The notes under the pieces were generated by a model that was given only the letters and a program-made list of their open reading frames with translations, made no database searches and was not told the DNA's origin. Positions 8,598 through 16,958 of a stretch of DNA of 36,161 bases are shown here, one piece after another. Location of the stretch: the IMG/VR virus record IMGVR_UViG_3300044857_000324, one strand, 5' to 3'. How positions within the stretch are numbered: the stretch's first letter is position 1; the number at the start of each line of letters is the position of its first letter. The position numbers and the translations under genes are program-made. This DNA is from a virus.

Positions 8598-10513
8598 CAC
8601 AATACAGTTACAGTCGCGTGAATCTATGGTGTCGATGCCCGTACCATTTCAAACTCAAATACATCGACGGTTTGCAAGAGATGCCTAATTACGATGCTGC
8701 TAACCCGTTGATTCTTGGAACAGCGTTGCATAAAGGTATTGAATCAGGCTTAGAGGCTATGCAGCGTGAGTACTACGACCACTTTCCAGTGCGAACTGAT
8801 GAGCAAGAGAACGAGATGATTAAACTGGAAATCTTGCTGCCAAAAGTGCAGAAGTTCTTGGAACGGTTTGAAGGTTGCAAGATTGAACACGAAGTACGAA
8901 TCAGCACTGAGCACTTTCTAGGTTTTGCTGATTTGATTGTGACGGCACCTGATGGCACTTCGCTAGTGATTGATTTCAAGTATTCCAACAGCGTTGAGAA
9001 ATATATGAAATCAGGACAACCGCACCTATACGAATACTTTCTCAATGAGTTAGGTCGAAAGGTAACGGGGATTGGCTTTCTGTTTATTCCCAAAACAAGC
9101 ATTCGGCAAAAGAAGGATGAAGGACTTTACGAGTTTCGGCAGCGTCTACGTGAAACTGTAAGCAAAATGGAAGTTAATTTCCAAACACTGCAGTATGACG
9201 AAAACGAAGTGATCTATTTCCAAAATGCGGTGCGTGAAATTGAAAATGCGATTGAGGCTTACAAGCATTATCCGAATTATATATTCATGAAAAATCCTGA
9301 TGGCGAATGTTTTGCATGCAATCCACGATTTGCCCCTGAATATATCAATGCACAACAAATTACTGTTTACCAAGGAAAACAAAAGGAGATAGAAATAATG
9401 CCAATTCCAGATAATGTGCGTCGTGAACCGAAGGTCGATTTAATGCCAGATACGTGGTTATACGGCGATAGCTATGTTGGGAAGTCTGTTTTTTGGGACA
9501 GCTTTCCGAATGTCTTGATGTTGAATACCGATGGGAACACAGACAACACTACCTCTCCTGTCGATATGTTGAAGGATAAGGTGTGGATGGAAGGCCGAAT
9601 GGAAAAGCGTCGGTATGCTTGGGAACAGTTCCTAGGGGACGTTAAGGATTTGGAACTTGGAAACACAAACGGTTTCAAGACTGTTGTTATTGACCTAGTT
9701 GAAGACCTTTACGAATCATGTCGCCAGTTTGTTCTTAATAAAAAGGGTTGGGAGCATGAATCTGACGGGACCTTTGGTAAGGGCTGGAGCGCAGTTACTG
9801 ACGAATTTCACAATGCAATTAAACGATTAAAGGCAGTCGGATTGCAAATTGTTTATATCAGTCGAGAGGATCGTAAGGATATCACCCTGAAAGGCGGGTC
9901 AACCCGCACAACGTTCAACCCTAATATCTCGGCACGAGTAGCTAACTTTTTAACGGGAACCGTGGATATCACGATGCGGGCGTATGTCAATGACGACGAC
10001 GAACACGCACTCCAGCTACAGAAAGCGCCCAATACGTTTGGCGGTGGCCGGTACAAATTTAAAGTTTCCGAAGTACCACTGGAACGTGACGAATTTCTAG
10101 AAGCCATTAAAAATGCGGACCCAGTGACAAAACCCAATCGCGCTATTAGTGCACACAAGAATGAAGAAAAAGTCGAACAAAAATCTTTGTCCAAAGAAGA
10201 AACCATGCCAAAATCCGAACAAAGTGTTACCCAGGCACCAGCAGAAACGGCACCGGAACCGAACACAGAAAAACCAAAGCGCCGTCAGCGTAAGCCACGC
10301 AAGACGGAAACAGCTGCGGAAGAAGCGCCTGCTGAAGACCCCGTAATGAAGCGTGCTGAAGAAATCACACCACCAGGTGAAAAGGTCGATGACGTGCAGA
10401 TTGAGCAAGCTAAGAAAGAGTTGGCAGCTGAGGAAACCCCAGCAACTGAAGAACCTGCCAAGCCAACACGCCGGCGTCGACGTCGTCGCGCGAGTAACGG
10501 CGAAGAAGCGTAA
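8594..10513 (+). CDS. Fusion of PD-(D/E)XK (Cas4/RecB-like) nuclease with Sak4-like AAA recombinase ATPase and a basic C-terminal tail
   Basis: N-terminal half: GTALHKG, GFADLIVTAPDGTSLVIDFKYS, Cys pairs CRC and CFAC. C-terminal half: Walker A YGDSYVGKSVFWDSF, Walker B FKTVVIDLVEDLY. Tail: KPKRRQRKPRK...PTRRRRRRRAS. Confidence 0.85.
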   Translation: MTQYSYSRVNLWCRCPYHFKLKYIDGLQEMPNYDAANPLILGTALHKGIESGLEAMQREYYDHFPVRTDEQENEMIKLEILLPKVQKFLERFEGCKIEHEVRISTEHFLGFADLIVTAPDGTSLVIDFKYSNSVEKYMKSGQPHLYEYFLNELGRKVTGIGFLFIPKTSIRQKKDEGLYEFRQRLRETVSKMEVNFQTLQYDENEVIYFQNAVREIENAIEAYKHYPNYIFMKNPDGECFACNPRFAPEYINAQQITVYQGKQKEIEIMPIPDNVRREPKVDLMPDTWLYGDSYVGKSVFWDSFPNVLMLNTDGNTDNTTSPVDMLKDKVWMEGRMEKRRYAWEQFLGDVKDLELGNTNGFKTVVIDLVEDLYESCRQFVLNKKGWEHESDGTFGKGWSAVTDEFHNAIKRLKAVGLQIVYISREDRKDITLKGGSTRTTFNPNISARVANFLTGTVDITMRAYVNDDDEHALQLQKAPNTFGGGRYKFKVSEVPLERDEFLEAIKNADPVTKPNRAISAHKNEEKVEQKSLSKEETMPKSEQSVTQAPAETAPEPNTEKPKRRQRKPRKTETAAEEAPAEDPVMKRAEEITPPGEKVDDVQIEQAKKELAAEETPATEEPAKPTRRRRRRRASNGEEA

Positions 10514-10594
10514 CACCGAATCTGAAAGAGAAGTACTGTCAGATGGCGAATATCAAGCATTTCGTATGTTTGGAATACTCTAGGAGGAAGCTTA

Positions 10595-10849
10595 ATGAAG
10601 TTTGAAATCACAGCTGAAGAACTAAGCGAGTCAATTATGGATTCGCTGGAAAAACGTTGGAATATTGCCGACGCGTCTGAAATAGCGCAGAGCTACTTCA
10701 ATCACCAGATTCGTGAAACGGTTAGCGATATTGTCGATAGTCTGTCTTACCTAGAAGTTCGCGAGTTAATTATTCACGGGATAAGTGATGAAATGTCTAC
10801 CCGCGTTAATACTGCGATGAATGTAATTGCCCAATCAATGGATCTATAG
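10595..10849 (+). CDS. Hypothetical protein
   Basis: 84 aa with TAGGAGGAAGC SD upstream. Confidence 0.6.
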   Translation: MKFEITAEELSESIMDSLEKRWNIADASEIAQSYFNHQIRETVSDIVDSLSYLEVRELIIHGISDEMSTRVNTAMNVIAQSMDL

Positions 10850-10861
10850 GAGGAATCAATC

Positions 10862-11107
10862 ATGCAAAAGCCACTTAAGAAACGCGAAGAATTTTTCTGC
10901 TCAACAGAAGACGAAGCATTGGATTTAATCGACAAGCGTCGAGATGGGGAAGACGGCGACAAGATTACCGTGCAAAACCTGGAACAGAAGTCTAACAAGA
11001 ACGGTAGCTATTACCGCGTGGCCATTGGGTACAGCTACAATACCCCAGCCGGAATCATGGAAACAGAGCTTGAAGGTATCGACGAAGACGAAAGTGAGGA
11101 AGCTTAA
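10862..11107 (+). CDS. Hypothetical protein
   Basis: 81 aa, SD TAGGAGG upstream. Confidence 0.6.
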   Translation: MQKPLKKREEFFCSTEDEALDLIDKRRDGEDGDKITVQNLEQKSNKNGSYYRVAIGYSYNTPAGIMETELEGIDEDESEEA

Positions 11108-11109
11108 TC

Positions 11110-11622
11110 ATGGATTGGAGCAAATTTGACCGGCAGGTAGACAATGAGGCATTGGCAAAGGACGTTGCGGAAGCGCAGACCGATTACCCAGATATTCCGG
11201 ATGGTGAGTATGACGTAACCATTCGTTCAATGGAACTGGGTACGTCCAAGAAAAAGGACGACGGCACGGGTGAGGATCCTATGCTGAAGATTCAATTCCA
11301 GATTATGGCCGGCGAATTTAAGGGCCAGCGCATTTTCTTCAATGGCGTAATGAAAGCTGGTGACTGGCAAGCACTGCAAATTCATAACGTTCTTGAGATG
11401 CTGCGGAGCTTAGCAGATGTAGAAGACGACACTGATGAATTTAAGTGGCACAGCTTCAGCATGCTTAACGACGTCATTAACAAGCTTTATGAAGAAGTTG
11501 GCGATGTGCTCGATGATGAAAACAAAGTCACCGAAGAAGGTTGGCACTACAAGCTTGAGCAAAAGACGAACTCCAAGAATACGAATTTCAAGGATATTAG
11601 CATTCTGGAAATTTTGGACTAA
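11110..11622 (+). CDS. DUF669-like phage protein (possible ssDNA-binding role)
   Basis: PDGEYDVTIRSMELGTSKKKDDGTGEDPMLKIQFQIMAGEFKGQRIFFNGVM...; adjacent to the Sak4-like ATPase. Confidence 0.75.
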   Translation: MDWSKFDRQVDNEALAKDVAEAQTDYPDIPDGEYDVTIRSMELGTSKKKDDGTGEDPMLKIQFQIMAGEFKGQRIFFNGVMKAGDWQALQIHNVLEMLRSLADVEDDTDEFKWHSFSMLNDVINKLYEEVGDVLDDENKVTEEGWHYKLEQKTNSKNTNFKDISILEILD

Positions 11623-11685
11623 GTGAAGTGCAACGGCGTATGGCGTCCGAGCAGGGTGGGAAGCCTGCTGAGGAGGTAATTAGGA

Positions 11686-11877
11686 ATGCCCTTAAAACGA
11701 TTGAAAACTTTTACTTCGAAGAATGGCGTCAATATTGAAGAACAATTTAACAAGTTTGCAAAGACGCATGAGATATATGCAGTGCATTTTGTGTATGTGT
11801 CAGGGAACATAATAAGTTGGACGAATTGCTATGTGGAATATGCATTGAATCAGGAGGAAATTGAGGCGATGAACTAA
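11686..11877 (+). CDS. Hypothetical protein
   Basis: 63 aa, SD GAGGAGG at ~11666; overlaps the start of the polymerase gene. Confidence 0.5.
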   Translation: MPLKRLKTFTSKNGVNIEEQFNKFAKTHEIYAVHFVYVSGNIISWTNCYVEYALNQEEIEAMN

Positions 11878-13565
11878 TGTTGTTTTTTGACTTCGAAGTA
11901 TTTTATGCCGATTGGTGTTTGGTAGTGCTTGATTCCACAGACCATAGCAAGCACGTATTCATCAATCAAAATGATGAGTTCATCCAGTTTTATCAGGACC
12001 ACAAAAATGATGTTTGGACTGGTTTTAACAGTCGCCACTATGATCAGTACATTGCTAAAGCAATCATTGCGGGTTTCGCCCCGCAGATGATGAATGCTTG
12101 GATTATTAACAAACAACGTGGTGGATGGGAGTTTAGCAGCGAGATTAATCGCATCCAGTTTTACACGTTTGACCTGATGACGGTCCGTGGGCAGAGCTTG
12201 AAGCAACTCGAAGGCTTTATGGGCGATAGCGTTGAAGAGACCAAAGTAGACTTCACGATTCAACGTAAGCTGACCCAATCCGAAATTGATGAAGTGATTG
12301 AGTACTGCACGCACGATGTGGAAGAGACTGTGAATGTGTTTATCAAGCGTAAGGAAGAATGGGATTCGCAGATGGGCCTTATCAAGGAATTCAATCTGCC
12401 GCTGCGGATGGTTGGTAAAACCAAAGCACAGTTAGCGGCAGTCATTCTGGGAGCGCACAAGCCTGCTAAGGACCGCGATGATGAGATGGATATCAGTTTT
12501 CCCGACACGATGCAGGTGAGTAAATACAGTGACGTGGTTAATTTCTACCGCACCACTCGCGACTACGAACAATCATTTATACGAAATGTTGCAGGGGTTA
12601 AACACATTTTCGCCTGGGGCGGATTACATGGAGCACGAGAAAATTATCATGCAAAAGGAACCATCATTAACGTGGACGTGGGAAGTTACTACCCCAGCAT
12701 CATGATTCGTTACGACTACATGAGCCGCAACATCAAGGATAAAGCGAAGTTCATTGAGATTTACAAGCAACGGCTTGAATACAAAGCTAAGCATGACCCG
12801 CGCCAGGCACCCCGAAAGATTGTGCTTAACTCGACGTATGGCGCAACTAAGGATAAGTACAACGACTTATACGATCCGCGCCAAGCCAATAACGTTTGTG
12901 TTGGTGGCATGATGCTGCTACTGGATTTGATTGAGAAGTTGGAACCTTATGTGGAATTGATTCAGTCCAACACTGATGGGCTTTATGTGAAATTGCTCGA
13001 TGATTCCTATTTTTCCAAAGTGGATGATATCTGCTGGGAATGGGAGCAGCGCACTGGCATGAGCTTAGAATTTAACCAGTACGATGAGATTTACCAAAAG
13101 GACGTCAACAACTACATCATCATCGACCGAGTGGGTGACCACGTTAAAACCAAAGGTGCATATGTAAAAGGGCTACATGATTTGGACTATGATTTGCCAA
13201 TCGTTAACAAGGCCGTGGTTGACTACTTCGTGCATGGTACACGACCACAAAAAACAGTTTGGGATTGTGATGATTTACGACAATTTCAGCGCGTGGTGAA
13301 ACTGTCATACAAATATGATGGTGCTGCGGTAGGCGGGCAGATGGTACCAGGCAAGGTATTCCGCGTTTTTGCCGATAAATCTGAATCTGCCCCACGATTG
13401 AACAAAATTAAAAATGGGTCACTGGAAAAAATTAGCTACACGCCAAATCACGTGTTCATCGTAAATGGTGATGTGAACGGAAAATCGTTACCTGACAAGT
13501 TAGATCGCATGTGGTATGTGCGTTTAGCCAAGTCACGGATTAAGAATTTTTTAGGAGAAGAATAA
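11877..13565 (+). CDS. Compact family B-like DNA polymerase with 3'-5' exonuclease motifs
   Basis: Exo I FDFEVF, exo II WTGFNSRHYD, exo III YCTHDVEETV; pol motif A NVDVGSYYPSIMIRYD, motif B KIVLNSTYGATKD, motif C IQSNTDGLYVKL. Confidence 0.85.
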   Translation: MLFFDFEVFYADWCLVVLDSTDHSKHVFINQNDEFIQFYQDHKNDVWTGFNSRHYDQYIAKAIIAGFAPQMMNAWIINKQRGGWEFSSEINRIQFYTFDLMTVRGQSLKQLEGFMGDSVEETKVDFTIQRKLTQSEIDEVIEYCTHDVEETVNVFIKRKEEWDSQMGLIKEFNLPLRMVGKTKAQLAAVILGAHKPAKDRDDEMDISFPDTMQVSKYSDVVNFYRTTRDYEQSFIRNVAGVKHIFAWGGLHGARENYHAKGTIINVDVGSYYPSIMIRYDYMSRNIKDKAKFIEIYKQRLEYKAKHDPRQAPRKIVLNSTYGATKDKYNDLYDPRQANNVCVGGMMLLLDLIEKLEPYVELIQSNTDGLYVKLLDDSYFSKVDDICWEWEQRTGMSLEFNQYDEIYQKDVNNYIIIDRVGDHVKTKGAYVKGLHDLDYDLPIVNKAVVDYFVHGTRPQKTVWDCDDLRQFQRVVKLSYKYDGAAVGGQMVPGKVFRVFADKSESAPRLNKIKNGSLEKISYTPNHVFIVNGDVNGKSLPDKLDRMWYVRLAKSRIKNFLGEE

Positions 13566-13687
13566 TGTACAACGTTAGCTGCAACGATGGGCACACTCGT
13601 GTGCTATTACCATACAGTAATCGTGTATTGCTGGTAGATAAATGGTCGATTGACCAAGTGTTGGAACTGCTAGGTCTTAATGCGTAA
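13565..13687 (+). CDS. Small hypothetical protein (40 aa), not in the ORF track
   Basis: MYNVSCNDGHTRVLLPYSNRVLLVDKWSIDQVLELLGLNA; start overlaps the polymerase stop (TAATG). Confidence 0.5.
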   Translation: MYNVSCNDGHTRVLLPYSNRVLLVDKWSIDQVLELLGLNA

Positions 13688-13701
13688 GGAGGCGGAAGCA
13701 C

Positions 13702-13809
13702 ATGCACAAAAAGAAAAAGCGTGGTGCAGTCAAGGCCAAGAAGCGCAAAATGCGTGAAAAGCGCGAAGCAAATCAGCACAAGGTAACAGAGGTGCGTAAG
13801 AATGAGTAA
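13702..13809 (+). CDS. Small, very basic hypothetical peptide (35 aa), not in the ORF track
   Basis: MHKKKKRGAVKAKKRKMREKREANQHKVTEVRKNE; SD AAGGAGG upstream; overlaps the next start. Confidence 0.5.
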   Translation: MHKKKKRGAVKAKKRKMREKREANQHKVTEVRKNE

Positions 13810-14029
13810 TCCGCAAACCTCGATTGATTGGATGCTTGAGAATCCGCAGCAGGCAGCATACCAAGAGCTAAATCACGTTGAGGAACAGATTGAGTATCTT
13901 GAACAACTGCATAATAGTCACGGCATCACGCCAGCAATGTCCTTGGATCGTTATCACACGGCATCACGGCGGTTGCTATTGCTGTATGAATACCAAAGTC
14001 TACTGAAAACAGAATTGGAATCATACTAA
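13802..14029 (+). CDS. Hypothetical protein
   Basis: 75 aa within a coupled gene run. Confidence 0.55.
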   Translation: MSNPQTSIDWMLENPQQAAYQELNHVEEQIEYLEQLHNSHGITPAMSLDRYHTASRRLLLLYEYQSLLKTELESY

Positions 14030-14050
14030 TCGGTCAACACGGAAAGTGAG

Positions 14051-15931
14051 GTGAGAAAAATAGCAATCTACAAAGGTTATCTGCGTGGCTATGGTAAGCA
14101 CGCGGCTACCAAAATCAAGGGCGAGAAATTACTCAAGTATGAAACTGTCCGCAAGGATCAGTCATATGTTGGTATCTTGGCTGATGACATTATCATGGTC
14201 GATGTTGATACGATGAGTGATGCCCGCAAGCTACTCAAAATTGTGGACAATCTTCATATTGGTGTCGCCGTACTGAAGACTAACCACGGAATGCACTTTT
14301 ACTTTCAGGGCTACCAGATGCAGTCGAACAAAATTGGCTGGTACAGTGCCATCGGAATAAAGGCAGACTACAAACTTGGTATAAAGGAAACAGCTGACCC
14401 GCTGCGAATTGATGGCAAGACCCGGATTAGTATCCGTAATCCCGATTTGTTAGACCCGCTGCCGAATTGGCTCTTACCAGTCAGCAATCATCAGAACCAT
14501 GTTGGTGACTTGGCAAAGGGTGAACGGAATCAGCGGCTATTCAACTATATTCTGGCACTACAAAAAGTGGGACTGTCTCGCGATGAGATTCGGCAAACGA
14601 TTCGTATCATCAATGACTACATGCTAGACAAGCCACTACCAGAACGCGAAGTAAACACCATTTTGCGCGATGACGCATTCTTGAAAGAATCATTCTTCAG
14701 TCCAAAAGGTGCGTTCCTACATGATCGCTTTGCGAAGTTTCTGATTAGTGAACATCACATTTGCACCATTGAGAACTCACTGCACATTTACGTTGATGGT
14801 GTTTACAGTTCAGATGTTAAGGACATTGAGCGGGCCATGATTAAACACATTCCCGGACTAACTGCAGCAAGGCGGGTGGAAGTATTGCGTTACCTGCAAC
14901 TGCAAGCGCAAGAAACTCAAATGGCGTCCACACAGTATATTGCAGTTAAAAACGGGATTTATAACCTTGAAACAGGTACTTTAGATGATTTCAACCCGAA
15001 TATCGTGGTGAAAAACAAAATACCGGTAGATTATGTACCTGGCAGCTACTACGAACCAACTGATCGCACGCTTGATAAAATCACCGTTCATAACAAGCAG
15101 TTGCGCAAAATTTTGGAAGAGGTATTTGGCTACGTGCTTTTCAGGCGTAACGAACTGGGGAAGGCATTCATCCTAACGGGTGACGGGTCAAACGGTAAGA
15201 GTTCATATCTTGCAATCTTGCGGGCACTAGTTGGAACAGTGAACACATCGTCTTTGGACCTGAAGGAACTGAATCAACGATTCAAAACGGCGGAGCTTTT
15301 TGGCAAGCTGGCGAACATTGGTGACGATATCAGCAATGAGTACATCAAGGACAATTCCGAGTTTAAGAAGCTGGTTACTGGTGAAGCGCTGAACGTTGAG
15401 CGCAAGGGTGCCGACCCATTCGATTTCAAAAACTACGCGAAGCTGGTATTTTCAGCTAACAAGATGCCACGAATCAACGACACCAGTAACGGGTTGACGC
15501 GACGGCTAATGTTTATCCCGTTTACAGCACATTTTTCCAAAGACGATCCCGACTTCGACCCGTTCATTACTGACAAGTTATTATCGAAGGAGTCTTTGCA
15601 GTATGTATTGGTGCTTGGATTACATGCGCTTAAACGAATTCTGAAGGTACACGCGTTTACGAGTGCAAAGGTTGTAGATGCTGAGTCTAAGAAGTACGAG
15701 GCATTGAACAACCCGATTATCAGTTGGCTAGAGGAAGAGGAGCCAAAAATCATTAATGAAGTGACCAAGGACGTATTCTTGCAGTATTCAACCTGGTGCA
15801 TTGATAATGGTTATCGCGCGGTCAGTCAGATCGCTTTTACACGTGAAGTGTGCCGGATGAGGAACCTTAAGACAGAACGTCATTCCGTTGATGGAAAACG
15901 AAAAAACTTTTTTGTTACCGATGATGGGTAG
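14051..15931 (+). CDS. D5/P4-type phage primase-helicase
   Basis: C-terminal SF3 helicase: Walker A ILTGDGSNGKSSYLAIL, ANIGDDISNEYIKD, SANKMPRINDTSNGLTRRLMFIPF; N-terminal DNA primase/polymerase-like region (IIMVDVDT...TNHGMHFYFQG). Confidence 0.92.
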   Translation: MRKIAIYKGYLRGYGKHAATKIKGEKLLKYETVRKDQSYVGILADDIIMVDVDTMSDARKLLKIVDNLHIGVAVLKTNHGMHFYFQGYQMQSNKIGWYSAIGIKADYKLGIKETADPLRIDGKTRISIRNPDLLDPLPNWLLPVSNHQNHVGDLAKGERNQRLFNYILALQKVGLSRDEIRQTIRIINDYMLDKPLPEREVNTILRDDAFLKESFFSPKGAFLHDRFAKFLISEHHICTIENSLHIYVDGVYSSDVKDIERAMIKHIPGLTAARRVEVLRYLQLQAQETQMASTQYIAVKNGIYNLETGTLDDFNPNIVVKNKIPVDYVPGSYYEPTDRTLDKITVHNKQLRKILEEVFGYVLFRRNELGKAFILTGDGSNGKSSYLAILRALVGTVNTSSLDLKELNQRFKTAELFGKLANIGDDISNEYIKDNSEFKKLVTGEALNVERKGADPFDFKNYAKLVFSANKMPRINDTSNGLTRRLMFIPFTAHFSKDDPDFDPFITDKLLSKESLQYVLVLGLHALKRILKVHAFTSAKVVDAESKKYEALNNPIISWLEEEEPKIINEVTKDVFLQYSTWCIDNGYRAVSQIAFTREVCRMRNLKTERHSVDGKRKNFFVTDDG

Positions 15932-15956
15932 TTTTCTACCCAAAACCCCGGTGATA

Positions 15957-16005
15957 TGGGTGGAAATCCACCCACCAGTTTGCCGTTTTCGTGGGTGGAT
16001 TTTTG
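15957..16005 (+). terminator. Terminator hairpin with overlapping upstream alternative hairpin
   Basis: ATCCACCCAC (15966..15975) / GTGGGTGGAT (15991..16000) then TTTTTG; alternative TGGGTGGA-AA-TCCACCCA (15957..15974) shares the same arm. Confidence 0.65.
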
Positions 16006-16023
16006 AAAAAAGTACGATTTGGC

Positions 16024-16272
16024 TAGATGATGTGGGCAGCCTGCCATGATATCCTGGCACCCAATAAACGCCGGTGTGATAGGCATGACGGCGTACTGCC
16101 TAGATGTGGCTAGATGGTTTCACTTTCTATATATAGTTATACGTATTAAGAGAGTAACTATTAATAAAGAATATTAGGGGCCAAAAAATGGCAGCACATC
16201 AGTTAAACCCTTGCGGCTGTATGGCGGACTGCCTGCCATGATCTATTTTAGATGTGGGCAGATGTAGGCAGA
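16024..16272 (+). repeat. Iteron-like TAGATG(T)GGGCAG / GCCTGCCATGAT repeats flanking an AT-rich stretch
   Basis: GCCTGCCATGAT at 16039..16050 and 16231..16242; TAGATG at 16024, 16101, 16111, 16249; AT-rich 16119..16176. Confidence 0.45.
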
Positions 16273-16287
16273 AATGAGGTGAAGCAA

Positions 16288-16692
16288 GTGAGCGATGATT
16301 TATTTAAGCAGCACAAGAAGTACTTGATGCGGTACATTCATGCGAAGCGTTCAATCGACCAGCTTGAAGAACGGCTTTTCGAAATGGATAAGCGTATCGA
16401 AGCGGTTCGTGCAAAACATGAAGTGATCACCCGCATTCAATCGGATGAACGCGAATCGCTGAACGATCGAATTAATCAACGGCTAACACATGCGCGATAT
16501 ATTCGAACTGAGATTAGTACAGCGATTGATGAGTTAGAGAATCCAGACCAGGCAAACATTCTTGAACAACGTTTTGCGGACGGTCTTACTCTTGAGGCGA
16601 TTGCAAAGAATAGTGCATTCAGTTTGCAATGGGTAGAAGAATTGTATCGACGTGGCGTCCGCTCAATTAAGATTCCACCTATCCACGTTTGA
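16288..16692 (+). CDS. DUF1492/ArpU-RinA-like late transcription regulator (sigma-70 region 4-like)
   Basis: C-terminal ADGLTLEAIAKNSAFSLQWVEELYRRGVRSIK is region-4/HTH-like; position is just upstream of the HNH/terminase genes. Start taken at GTG 16288 with SD GAGGTG. Confidence 0.7.
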   Translation: MSDDLFKQHKKYLMRYIHAKRSIDQLEERLFEMDKRIEAVRAKHEVITRIQSDERESLNDRINQRLTHARYIRTEISTAIDELENPDQANILEQRFADGLTLEAIAKNSAFSLQWVEELYRRGVRSIKIPPIHV

Positions 16693-16958
16693 ACTAACAC
16701 TAGAAAAACAGTAGAGCAACACCAGTACCATACCAGTGGTTCAGTTGCTTATATTGACCAGGTGAATATTAGATACTAGTAACTGTCCTAATGAGTTTCA
16801 GCCATCGACTCATGCGGGCAGTTATTTACTTTCTCGAATGCGTTAGCTGCTTGACCTAAGCACCATCCTCCTTTACGGCATATCCCTTTGCGGTATAGCC
16901 GTACGTCACGTGATGTTTAGGTGAGGCAGGTAACGTTACATACTAGGGGTGATACATG

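Noticed and set aside
10097-10516. 139-aa minus-strand ORF, Cys/Phe-rich
   Set aside because: Complement of the E/K/P/A/R-rich tail of the ATPase fusion; composition artefact.
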